Positions 19,056-27,449 of a stretch of 64,000 nucleotides of DNA are shown here, piece by piece. How positions within the stretch are numbered: the first letter of the stretch is position 1; each line of letters starts with the position of its first letter. The notes below the pieces were generated by a model that was not told the origin of the DNA, made no database searches, and saw nothing but the letters and a program-made list of their open reading frames with translations. The stretch is taken from positions 640,001 through 704,000 of the forward strand of contig CAVVJT010000007.1 in NCBI GenBank assembly GCA_963748625.1. The letters run 5' to 3'. The stretch comes from an uncultured Chloroflexia bacterium (lineage in GTDB: Bacteria > Chloroflexota > Limnocylindria > Limnocylindrales > CSP1-4). A program made the translations under genes and the position numbers.

Positions 19056-19120
19056 AGCGTGCAGGTAATCGGGGGCCGCGAGGTGGGCCGGAGTGCGGTG
19101 GCGAGACGGCGCGGATGTCG

Positions 19121-19540
19121 TCAGATCGAGCCGGGCGCGGCGACCCAGCGCACCGGCTGGCCCGTCACCGAGGCGATGACGTCGTAGTCGTGGTCGTAGT
19201 GGACGATCATCACCCCATGGCGGGCTGCGACTGCTGCGATGAGGAGATCGGGGATCTTGACCTGGCGGTGGTGCAGCGGCCCTCGGGCAGCCAGCTCACG
19301 GAAGACGCGGCGCGCCTCGTCCCAGTCCGCCGGCTCGGTCCGCAGCCACGGGCAGGCACGCAGGCCCTCCTCCACGGCCTGGAAGTCTGCCCCGTCGCGG
19401 GCGCTCCAGAGCAGCTCCATCGCGACCATGTCGCAGACGGCGATCAGGCCGTCCTCCAGCGCCGGTCCGAACCATGCCAGGCCCGGCTTGCCCTTCCGGG
19501 CCCAGGCCGACGTGTCCGCCAGCTCGAGGCGTTCGTCCAT
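19121..19540 (-). CDS. vapC: VapC PIN-domain toxin
   Basis: ADTSAW, MELL, DLLIAAVA, VHYDHDYD acidic PIN residues. Confidence 0.9.
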   Translation of the reverse strand: MDERLELADTSAWARKGKPGLAWFGPALEDGLIAVCDMVAMELLWSARDGADFQAVEEGLRACPWLRTEPADWDEARRVFRELAARGPLHHRQVKIPDLLIAAVAARHGVMIVHYDHDYDVIASVTGQPVRWVAAPGSI

Positions 19541-19545
19541 GGCCG

Positions 19546-19758
19546 TCAGCGCGGAAGGTCGCGCTGTGCCCGAAGGGTTGGCAGCACATCCTCGAGCTCC
19601 GAGAAGTCACGACGTGCGAGGCCGGCTCGCCGGCGGCGCGCGACGACGTCACGGAGGGCGGCGTGCACCGTTTCGGTGGTCCGCGTGGTGCCGAGCGCCT
19701 CGGCGGCGTCACGCAGCAGGTCGCGATCGAGGTCGAGCGTGGTGTGGGTCCTGGCCAT
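19546..19758 (-). CDS. vapB: VapB ribbon-helix-helix antitoxin
   Basis: MARTHTTLDLDRDLLRDAAEALGTTRTTETVHAALRD, upstream of vapC. Confidence 0.85.
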   Translation of the reverse strand: MARTHTTLDLDRDLLRDAAEALGTTRTTETVHAALRDVVARRRRAGLARRDFSELEDVLPTLRAQRDLPR

Positions 19759-19875
19759 CGGAGGTGCCTCCGCCCGTGCGTTCTCGTGATGCGTGAACTC
19801 TATCACCGCGTCCACGCATCCATCAGGCGATTGATCACGCATTCGGCCCGATGCTCGGTCGGCCACGCAGCGCGC

Positions 19876-19986
19876 GCCCCACCTGTGGGGCGAATTGGGA
19901 TGTCGAACGCAGGGTCTGCGTGCCAAACCCCGGGATGCGCACCCGGCCCACGCTCACAGCGGGCCGAAACGCCCCACAGGTGGGGC
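19876..19986 (+). repeat. Repeat family B, intact copy
   Basis: Boxes GCCCCACCTGTGGGGC (19876) and GCCCCACAGGTGGGGC (19971), 95 bp apart. Confidence 0.85.
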
Positions 19987-20022
19987 AGGTGCGCGATCGG
20001 GGACTAGAGCGCAGGCGCCCGA

Positions 20023-20550
20023 TCAGGCCGGCAGTGACTCCTTCGGCGTCTCGAAGTTGGACGGGACGTCCACCTCGATGCCAGTGCCGGGGATCTCGCG
20101 GACCGGGAACCGGACCAGCGGCTTGGGCGGCGCGCCGGCGAGGACGGTGCCGTCAAGCGCGAACTCGCCCTCGTGGCACGCGCACTCGAACTTGGAGATG
20201 GCGGCCGTCCAGGAGTAGCGGCACAGGCCGTGCGTGCAGCGCGGGTCGTAGGCGACGAGGTCGCCCTCGGCCGTGCGCAGGAGCCAGGTGGAGCCGGGGA
20301 TCCGCTCGCCGTTGGACGCGACGACGCTGAACGGGACTTCCTGCGGGGTGCCGGGGACGAGACTCGCGGGGTCGATGTCGAGGGCGATGGTCTGCGGGGG
20401 TCCCGAACAGGCAGCAAGGACCGCGCCGAGGCCGCCCGAGGCCACGACGGCACCTGCGCCCATGAGGATCAGCATCGATCGTCGCGGGACGGGCGTGGAA
20501 CGCGGATCGAACGCCGGACCCTCCTCGGGCCGGCGGCCTGTGTTGCCCAT
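20023..20550 (-). CDS. Rieske [2Fe-2S] protein, probable Tat lipoprotein
   Basis: PRRSMLIL twin-Arg, VLAAC lipobox, CTHGLC and CACH motifs. Confidence 0.85.
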   Translation of the reverse strand: MGNTGRRPEEGPAFDPRSTPVPRRSMLILMGAGAVVASGGLGAVLAACSGPPQTIALDIDPASLVPGTPQEVPFSVVASNGERIPGSTWLLRTAEGDLVAYDPRCTHGLCRYSWTAAISKFECACHEGEFALDGTVLAGAPPKPLVRFPVREIPGTGIEVDVPSNFETPKESLPA

Positions 20551-20562
20551 GTTCGGGAGAGC

Positions 20563-20952
20563 CTACCCCGAGACCGCGCTCGGCTGCAGGCCGCGATCCT
20601 GGTCGTTGCGCGCAACACCGCTGACAGCCTGGCGGATGGCGGCCAGGAAGTCGTCCGGCTTCGACGCCAGGGACTCCCGCTTGAGGGTCCACGCGCTGGT
20701 GGTGGTGATGTCGACGTCGAGCACGAGGGCCGATCCGGATCGCCGCACGATGTCCGCGGCGTCGATCCTGCCGCCCTCCTCCACCACGATCACGGCGGGC
20801 GCGCTGGCGAGCGCGGCATCGACGGCAGCCGTCTCGCAGACGTCCACGGCCTCGACGATGATGCCGGGTTCGGCGGCCAGCATCCGGCCCAAGCCCTCCC
20901 CCATCAGGGGATGGCTGTACAGGACGAGGACCCTGACGGGCTCCGGTGACAC
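20563..20952 (-). CDS. Stand-alone degenerate receiver-domain protein
   Basis: VRVLVLYSHPLMGEGLGRML...DDFLAAIRQA resembles a NarL receiver but lacks the acidic pocket and phospho-Asp. Confidence 0.55.
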   Translation of the reverse strand: MSPEPVRVLVLYSHPLMGEGLGRMLAAEPGIIVEAVDVCETAAVDAALASAPAVIVVEEGGRIDAADIVRRSGSALVLDVDITTTSAWTLKRESLASKPDDFLAAIRQAVSGVARNDQDRGLQPSAVSG

Positions 20953-21160
20953 GTTCTCCCACCCACTCCACAGCCCGCGACGGGGCCGTGCTCCGATGCT
21001 AGGGGAGGGTCCGATGTCGTCCAATCCGTCGCAGGGCACAGCCGGACCCGCGAATCCCTGTATCCGAAGGGCTACCGGCCCAAGGAATCCGTGCCGAACG
21101 GCGCATCCGGCCGACGGCACCCACCGCGTCGGGACCTCAATCCACCCCCGTTGCCCCGAC

Positions 21161-21272
21161 TGAGTCACGTATGCATCAATTCAGGTCCGGCCCCGCACGA
21201 CCAGGCCGCGAAGGTCGGGTTTCGAGGCCCGGCCACGCACGTACCGGGGCGGATTGAGTCACAGCCGCATCA
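21161..21272 (+). repeat. Repeat family A, copy upstream of the HTH-nuclease gene
   Basis: Boxes TGAGTCACGTATGCATCA (21161) and TGAGTCACAGCCGCATCA (21255), 94 bp apart; core CGCGAAGGTCGGGTTTCG. Confidence 0.85.
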
Positions 21273-21365
21273 AGTTCCCGAAGGTGCTGTCGATGCCACC
21301 AATGTGCGGCATAAGCGCGGCATACGCGCGGTCTAAGTACGACGTGAGCGGACTCCGCTACAACC

Positions 21366-22184
21366 ATGGCCATGGACAGCCGAACCGTGCGACTGGGCGA
21401 GGACGCGACGGTCGGCAGTGTCGCGACGATCATCAAGAACGCCCGCGAACTGACGGGCTGGTCGCAGCGCGAGCTCGCGGGGCGCGCCGGAACATCGCAA
21501 TCAGCGATCTGCCGGCTGGAGTCCGGGAGTGCCTCTGCGGTAGAGATGCTCGTGCTCGGCAAGGTGCTCGACGCGCTCGGACTGGACGCGCAGCTCGTCG
21601 TCGAAGGCCGCCACCTCTTCGACAGGGTGCGCCAGAAGGATGGCGTACACGCGAAGGTCACGGGGTTCGTCGGCCGACGCCTCACGCGGTGGGATTGGCT
21701 GACCGCCGGTGAAGCGCTGATCGGCATCGATCGGCCGCGCGGCTGGATCGACCTTCTGGCCTTCCGGTGGGCCGATCGCGCACTCCTGGTCGAGGAGACC
21801 AAGACAGAGATCCCGGACATGGGCCAACTCCAGCGCAGCCTCGCCTTCTATGAGCGGGAGGCGATGGCGGTGGCACGGGGGTTCGGGTGGGAACCGCGCA
21901 GCGTGAATGTGCTTCTTGTCACCTTGGACAGCGCGGCCATCGCCCGGCGCCTCGCAGACAACCGGGACCTCGTCAGACTCGCCTTCCCCGCGCCGGTCTC
22001 GGATGTTCTCCGCTGGCTCGAGCACCCGACTGCGGCGCGGCCGCGAGAGTGGGCCATCGGCACGTGCGACCCAGCGTCACGGAGGGTGACGTGGCTCCGG
22101 CCAACGACGCTCGGCTCGCGTCGCACGCCTCCGGCCTATGCGAACTACGCGGATGCGGCGGCCCGCCTGCTCCTGCCGGGGTGA
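21366..22184 (+). CDS. XRE-family HTH fused to a PD-(D/E)XK restriction-endonuclease-like domain
   Basis: ARELTGWSQRELAGRAGTSQSAICRLESG; GWIDLLAF...LLVEETKT (D...ExK). Confidence 0.75.
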   Translation: MAMDSRTVRLGEDATVGSVATIIKNARELTGWSQRELAGRAGTSQSAICRLESGSASAVEMLVLGKVLDALGLDAQLVVEGRHLFDRVRQKDGVHAKVTGFVGRRLTRWDWLTAGEALIGIDRPRGWIDLLAFRWADRALLVEETKTEIPDMGQLQRSLAFYEREAMAVARGFGWEPRSVNVLLVTLDSAAIARRLADNRDLVRLAFPAPVSDVLRWLEHPTAARPREWAIGTCDPASRRVTWLRPTTLGSRRTPPAYANYADAAARLLLPG

Positions 22185-22247
22185 ACTAACCGCGTGCGCA
22201 GGGCCCGAGCGGTGGTCGCGGGGCGGGTCCCGCTCGCGTCGGCTGGC

Positions 22248-22359
22248 TGAGTCGCCTGCGACTCACCGCGTGAGATCCACGCAGGGGTGCGCCCCCGAAG
22301 TCGAGGTTCGCGTGTTGGGCTGTGCGGGGACGAGGGCCGAATGAGTCCGGCGCGACTCA
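22248..22359 (-). repeat. Repeat family A, inverted copy downstream of the HTH-nuclease gene
   Basis: Boxes TGAGTCGCCTGCGACTCA (22248) and TGAGTCCGGCGCGACTCA (22342), 94 bp apart; core CGAAGTCGAGGTTCGCG. Confidence 0.8.
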
Positions 22360-22449
22360 GGCGCCGGGGCGAGCGTGCCCAGACCGACTCAGGCGCCACG
22401 GCGCGGCGCGAGGAATCCGCGCCCGAGGCGCAGGCCGCGAGACCCCGCG

Positions 22450-23145
22450 TCAGCCCCGGGGGTTGTCCTGGCTCGTCATCCCCTGGCGCACCGCGTAGGC
22501 CGCGGCCTGCACCCGGTTCGTGAGGTGGAGCTTCTCGAGGGCGTTGTGGACGTGGTTCTTGACCGTGCCCTCGGTGATCGTCAGCTCGTTGGCGATCTCC
22601 TTGTTGGACATCCCCGCAGCGACGAGCTGGAGGATCTCCGACTCACGCCGGGTGAGGACGGTGTCCTCGGGCGCCAGCGTCGAGCCAGATCCGCGCGTGG
22701 GGATCCCGCCGGTGCGCAGGGCCTCCAGCAGCTTGGTCGCGACCGCGGGTGCGATGGGCGACTCACCGCGCATGACACCGCGCAGGTCCTCGAACAGCTG
22801 CTCCGGCCGGACGTTCTTGAGGAGATACCCGTTGGCGCCGGCCTTGATCGCGTTGAACAGGTCGTCGTCGTCCTCGGACACCGTGAGCATCACGATGGGG
22901 GTCGTGAAGCCGGCCGACCGGATCGCGATCACCCCGTCGACGCCGTCGGCATCGGGCATGTTCACGTCCATCACGACGAGGTCCGGCTTGAACTGGCGGA
23001 CCTTCTCCAGGGCGTCACGGCCGTTCTCGCCCTCGCCCACGACCGTCATGTCGAACTGGCCGCCGATCAGGGTCGCCAGTGCCCTCCGGAAGAGCGGCTG
23101 GTCGTCAACGAGCAGCACCCTGATTTTCGGCGGAAGGTGTTCCAA
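22450..23145 (-). CDS. NarL/LuxR-family response regulator
   Basis: VLLVDDQ, VVMDVNMP, GYLLK, LTRRESEILQLVAAGMSNKEIA; probable TTG start. Confidence 0.92.
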   Translation of the reverse strand: MEHLPPKIRVLLVDDQPLFRRALATLIGGQFDMTVVGEGENGRDALEKVRQFKPDLVVMDVNMPDADGVDGVIAIRSAGFTTPIVMLTVSEDDDDLFNAIKAGANGYLLKNVRPEQLFEDLRGVMRGESPIAPAVATKLLEALRTGGIPTRGSGSTLAPEDTVLTRRESEILQLVAAGMSNKEIANELTITEGTVKNHVHNALEKLHLTNRVQAAAYAVRQGMTSQDNPRG

Positions 23146-24913
23146 CAGTGTCCTCGGCGTCGAGTCGGACGACGATCGTCGTCCCGGCATTCGGAGCAGT
23201 ATGCACATCGATCGAGCCGCCGATCTGCTGGACCCGCTCCCGCATGGAGGCGAGCCCGAAGCCCCCCTCCATCGAACCGGCGACGGTCGAAGGATCGAAG
23301 CCTACCCCATCATCCTCGATCGAGAGAGTGGTGCCACTGGGCGCGCACTCGATCCGGACGCTGACCTTGGAGGCCTGGGCGTACTTGCGTGTGTTGGTCA
23401 GGGCCTCCTGTACGACGCGCAGGAGCTGGACCTCGGAGCGGGGGCTGATCGAGCGGCGGGCGTCGCCCTGGCAGGAGACGGTGGCGGCGATACCCGTCTG
23501 GCGGCTGTACTTGCGCAGGTACTCGCGAAGGGATCCCTCGAGGCCCGCGTCCTCGCGGACGGTCTCGCGGAGGCCAAGGATCGCCTCGCGGACGTCCTGG
23601 TAGGCCTCGTCGGCGGTGTCGGCCAGGTCGCTGAGCTCATCGGCGAGGTCGCTGCTGGCCTCGTCCTTGGCGCGCAGCTCGAGCGCGCGCAGCTGGAGGT
23701 GGATGACGCCGAGGACCTGCGCGAGGCTGTCGTGCAGCTCGCGGGCGATGCGATCGCGCTCGGCGTGGATGGTCCACTGCTCCTCGGACTCGTGGAGGTG
23801 GGCGGTGCGGACCGCGATCGCGGCCATGTCCGCGAGGGCACCGAGGAGGCTGCGCTCGCTCTCGGTGAACGGGCGGCCGTGGCGGACGACGCACAGCTCA
23901 CCGAGCACGCCGTCGGGGCCGCGGAGCGGACGGGCTGCCCACTGGGTGTCACCGTCGCGCAACACGGTCGGGCAGTGCGCGTTGTGCGTGCGGCCCGCTG
24001 CTGCATGCTCATCGGCCACGTGGCAGACGGGGCCGTCGTCGGCCATCGCGAGCAGGTCACGGATCGCAGGCGTGCGGGCGGCGACGTCTCGCCGGTCGGA
24101 CAGGCAGGCCACGGCGCGCTCGGCGCCCAGCAGGTCGCGGGCGTGCTGGGTGATGGTGTCGAGGACCTCGCGCAGCTCGGCGCGGCCGGTCAGCTGGAGG
24201 GCGACGGCGTACAGGGCTCCGCGCTCGAGCTCGCGGCGGTGCAGGTCGGCGACCGTCAGGCCCAGCTGGGCAGCGCCAGCGATCTCGCCCGCGATGTCGG
24301 CGAGGGCCGCGTCCGAGATGTCGGGCTCGACGGGCGGGTGGAACGCGAGGCGCAAGTGGCCGATGCGCGCGCCGCCACGGACGAGCGGCAGGTCCAGAAT
24401 GCCGGTGTCGATGCCGGCCCGGCGGGTGTAGCGCGGATCGAGGAAGGCGGCGTCGGGGGGCTCGGTGAGGAGCGGGGAGAGCCAGGCGAGACCGGGCGAC
24501 AGGGCGGCCGGCCGACGGATCTCGATGGGCGGTCCATCCGGCTGCGCGATGGTGACGATCCCCGCGAGGGCGCCGGTCTGGGTCATCACGCGATCGAGGC
24601 TCTGCTCCAGCAGGTCCGGCAGGGAGAGGCCGCCGCGGACCGCCGAGCTCACGGCATGGGTGGCCGTGAGGTCCTTGTTCTGGCTCACCAGGTGGCGCTG
24701 GGCGCGGTCGAGGTAGACCGAGACGATCATCGCGAAGGCAACGATCGCGCCGCCCATGACCATCGCGGCGGCGACGTGCGACTCATCGGACGTCAGCTGC
24801 GGGTCGAGGACGAGGAAGCGGACGAGCTCGAAGCCCCAGACGAAGACGATGGGCAGGACGATCGTCACCCACTTGAGGCGGTTGAGGTCGCGGAGGCCTC
24901 GGGGGTCGCTCAT
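23105..24913 (-). CDS. GAF-domain HisKA_3 sensor histidine kinase
   Basis: 2 TM, GAF domains, ERDRIARELHDSLAQ, QEALTN, IEDDGVGF, GFGLASMRER. Confidence 0.92.
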   Translation of the reverse strand: MSDPRGLRDLNRLKWVTIVLPIVFVWGFELVRFLVLDPQLTSDESHVAAAMVMGGAIVAFAMIVSVYLDRAQRHLVSQNKDLTATHAVSSAVRGGLSLPDLLEQSLDRVMTQTGALAGIVTIAQPDGPPIEIRRPAALSPGLAWLSPLLTEPPDAAFLDPRYTRRAGIDTGILDLPLVRGGARIGHLRLAFHPPVEPDISDAALADIAGEIAGAAQLGLTVADLHRRELERGALYAVALQLTGRAELREVLDTITQHARDLLGAERAVACLSDRRDVAARTPAIRDLLAMADDGPVCHVADEHAAAGRTHNAHCPTVLRDGDTQWAARPLRGPDGVLGELCVVRHGRPFTESERSLLGALADMAAIAVRTAHLHESEEQWTIHAERDRIARELHDSLAQVLGVIHLQLRALELRAKDEASSDLADELSDLADTADEAYQDVREAILGLRETVREDAGLEGSLREYLRKYSRQTGIAATVSCQGDARRSISPRSEVQLLRVVQEALTNTRKYAQASKVSVRIECAPSGTTLSIEDDGVGFDPSTVAGSMEGGFGLASMRERVQQIGGSIDVHTAPNAGTTIVVRLDAEDTVGTPSAENQGAAR

Positions 24914-24929
24914 GTGTGGGGGTCGCTCA

Positions 24930-25015
24930 TGCGGGGATGACGCGGGCTGCGCGGGGGACGCGAGCTGCGCTGGGGACGCCGGGGACGCGGATTGCCCGCG
25001 GGACGCTGGGGACGT
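24930..25015 (+). repeat. Degenerate 9/18-bp tandem repeat (GGGGACGC-like)
   Basis: Several ggggacgc-like units upstream of the kinase. Confidence 0.45.
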
Positions 25016-25132
25016 TCATTGCCTCGACTGTGCCGTTCGATACAGCTGTCGGGTCAGTGCCGACTGGCCCGTACGATACAGGGCCGTGCGGACCGGAGGG
25101 CCGGGACGCGTGCGGCCGGGGGGCGTCGCGCC

Positions 25133-25286
25133 AGCCTGCGCACCGATCGCGCCCACTGTGCAGCGCCGTCGCTGGATGCGCGATCGATGCGCAGCTCAGG
25201 CGCCGGCTCGGGTCGAACTCGCCACGGGCTGCGCGCTCATCAGACACCCAGCGACGTGAGTGCCTGGTGTGCGCGACTGATGCGCA
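25133..25286 (+). repeat. Repeat family C, copy 1
   Basis: First 54 bp identical to 26151-26204; remainder colinear; TGCGC-N7-GCGCA-like boxes at 25137, 25177, 25230, 25270. Confidence 0.85.
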
Positions 25287-25375
25287 CGGCTCGCGGCCCG
25301 GGGTTGTGGGTCGCAGCTCGGGGGTTGTGCACAGGCGAATTGGTCCGGGATAAGCGGGACGTGCCACAGTCCGCC

Positions 25376-26032
25376 ATGGGAACTCACCAACGAGCCGTGG
25401 ACCTCGCCGCCGAGGATGCACGGATGATCCTCGAACGGCTGCGCAAAGAGGTCCGCGACACGCGGATTGCCCTCGGGCTCAGCCAGGTCGAGCTCGCCGC
25501 CGTGTCCGGGGTATCGCGCTGGAAGGTGGGGCGGTTCGAGGCTGGCGACGCCGGCGCCATTCCGCTCGCGGACCTGTGCGCGTTGCTGCGTGGGGTCGGA
25601 CTGGCGCCGTATGTGAACACCGCCCCCACCGGGGTGCGGGTCCGCGACGGCGCCTCGCTGCGGATCCTCGATCGCTTCGCGGAGGTCGTGGCATCACCCC
25701 TGCGACTCCCGCGTGAGGTGCTCCTCCCTGCACCGGGCGAGCTGCGCGCCTGGGACGCCGCTGTCATGGCGGAGCGGCAGCGTGCCTTCGTGGAGGTCAT
25801 CTCGAAGTTGGGCGACGTGCAGGCGCTGGCCCGATACCTGGCGATCAAGCTGCGCGACGATGGCCGCAGCCAGACGCTCATCCTGGTTGTCGGGCGGACC
25901 GCGCACAACCGGGAGGTGCTTGCAGCCCACCGCGAGGCGCTTCGCCTGGCGTTCCCGCTCGACGGGGCGGCCATCGCACGAGCGCTGCGGTCGGGACGTC
26001 TGCCAGCGGCCAGCGGGATCATCGTCGTGTGA
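25376..26032 (+). CDS. XRE-family HTH fused to a degenerate PD-(D/E)XK-like domain
   Basis: TRIALGLSQVELAAVSGVSRWKVGRFEAG; RAWDAAV...FVEVISKLGDVQAL; C-terminal LRLAFP, compared with VRLAFP in 21366-22184. Confidence 0.7.
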   Translation: MGTHQRAVDLAAEDARMILERLRKEVRDTRIALGLSQVELAAVSGVSRWKVGRFEAGDAGAIPLADLCALLRGVGLAPYVNTAPTGVRVRDGASLRILDRFAEVVASPLRLPREVLLPAPGELRAWDAAVMAERQRAFVEVISKLGDVQALARYLAIKLRDDGRSQTLILVVGRTAHNREVLAAHREALRLAFPLDGAAIARALRSGRLPAASGIIVV

Positions 26033-26103
26033 GCTCGGCAGTCCGCCGGCCTGGCGCCGGCTTTCCGCTGGGTGTGCGCCGGGCCCCCGCCGGGAGTCCC
26101 CCA

Positions 26104-26145
26104 GCCCCCGGCCCCCGGCCCCCGGCCCCCGGCCCCCGGCCCCCG
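26104..26145 (+). repeat. Perfect heptamer tandem repeat (GCCCCCG)x6
   Basis: Read directly; six G5 runs on the minus strand. Confidence 0.9.
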
Positions 26146-26150
26146 CGCGG

Positions 26151-26304
26151 AGCCTGCGCACCGATCGCGCCCACTGTGCAGCGCCGTCGCTGGATGCGCG
26201 ATCGGCACGCAGCCCAGGCGCTGCGAGACGGCCGCGACCGTCCAGGCTGCGCATGGCTCAGACAACCAGCGACGTGACCGCACGGTGTGCCTGCGGTGCG
26301 CGCA
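26151..26304 (+). repeat. Repeat family C, copy 2 (direct orientation)
   Basis: Offset by 1018 bp from copy 1, with boxes at the same relative positions. Confidence 0.85.
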
Positions 26305-26402
26305 GACGAGCGCCGCGCGCAGACGAGCGGTGCGCGCAGGCCGGCGAGATCAGGCGCGGGCCGGCGAGATCAGGCGCGCCGGCCGGACGGGCGCCCGGGC
26401 GT

Positions 26403-27449
26403 TCAGCCCTCCCGGCGCGACCCCTTCGGCAGCAGCTGCACGAACTCGAAGCCGAAGCGGCCCTTCACGCACAGGTTGCCCTCGGTCACGTACGAGTCCG
26501 TCGGCGAGAGCACCTTCACGATCCTGCCGTCCTGCGCATGCAGCGACAGCGTGCACCCAACGCCGCAGTACGGGCAGATCGTGTTCGTCACGGTCTGCAC
26601 CGACTCGTCCCAGGTCCCCGCCTCGCGCATGTCGTACTCGGACTTGAACATCAGCGCCCCGGTGGGGCAGACGTTGATGCAGTTCCCGCACCAGACGCAC
26701 GCCGACTGGTCGAGCGGGACGGCGTACTCGGTGGAGACGCGCGCATCGAACCCGCGACCTGCGATCGAGATCGCGAAGGTGTTCTGGGCATCGGCGCCGC
26801 ACGCCTCGACGCACTTGTAGCAGAGGATGCACTTGGCGTAGTCGCGGACGAAGAGGTCGTTGTCGATCTTGACCGGCTGGGCCACGTTGGACGCGGTGGC
26901 CCCGGAGGGATCGTGGTGGTGGCCGGCATGGATGGCATCGCGCTCGCCGGCGGCCGCGGGCGGCGACGGCGGCCCGAACCGGGTCAGGTCGGCGCCGTAG
27001 CGCTCCACGTACTCCGCGAACTTGCCGTCAGGCAGCACGGAACCAGCGAGGCTGACATCCACGGACGAGCCCAGCAGCTCCAGCACGAGCTTGCGCGAGA
27101 GGCGGACCTTCTCGCTGTCCGTCTCGACCGACATGCCCTGGGAGACCTTGGCCGAGCAGGACGGGGTGAGCGCGCGGGCGCCCGTGTCCACCACGCACAT
27201 CCGGCACACGCCCTCGGGCGTGAGCGTGGACAGCTGGCAGAGCGTGGGGATGTCCTTGCCCTGCGCCAGGCAGGCGTCGAGGATCGTCGCGTCGGCGGGA
27301 GCCGTCACCGGCACCCCGTCGATGGTGATCTCCACCATCCGCGGCGCCTTGCGCTCGGGGCGCGCAGGAATGGACGGCGAACGTGCCGGCGACGTTGTGA
27401 AGATGATCGGGTCGACGCCCGTGTAGATGGGCTTGGGGGCGTGGCTCAC
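26403..27449 (-). CDS. Formate dehydrogenase Fe-S subunit (2Fe-2S, 2x4Fe-4S, molybdopterin-proximal 4Fe-4S)
   Basis: PTLC...CRMC...PSC; CILCYKCVEAC; CVWCGNCINVCP; TICPYCGVGC...LCVKGRFG. Confidence 0.9.
   Translation of the reverse strand: MSHAPKPIYTGVDPIIFTTSPARSPSIPARPERKAPRMVEITIDGVPVTAPADATILDACLAQGKDIPTLCQLSTLTPEGVCRMCVVDTGARALTPSCSAKVSQGMSVETDSEKVRLSRKLVLELLGSSVDVSLAGSVLPDGKFAEYVERYGADLTRFGPPSPPAAAGERDAIHAGHHHDPSGATASNVAQPVKIDNDLFVRDYAKCILCYKCVEACGADAQNTFAISIAGRGFDARVSTEYAVPLDQSACVWCGNCINVCPTGALMFKSEYDMREAGTWDESVQTVTNTICPYCGVGCTLSLHAQDGRIVKVLSPTDSYVTEGNLCVKGRFGFEFVQLLPKGSRREG

Noticed and set aside
16759-26304. Repeats interpreted as a CRISPR array or integron attC sites
   Set aside because: No regular repeat-spacer period, no cas or tyrosine integrase gene, and no RYYYAAC/GTTRRRY ends.
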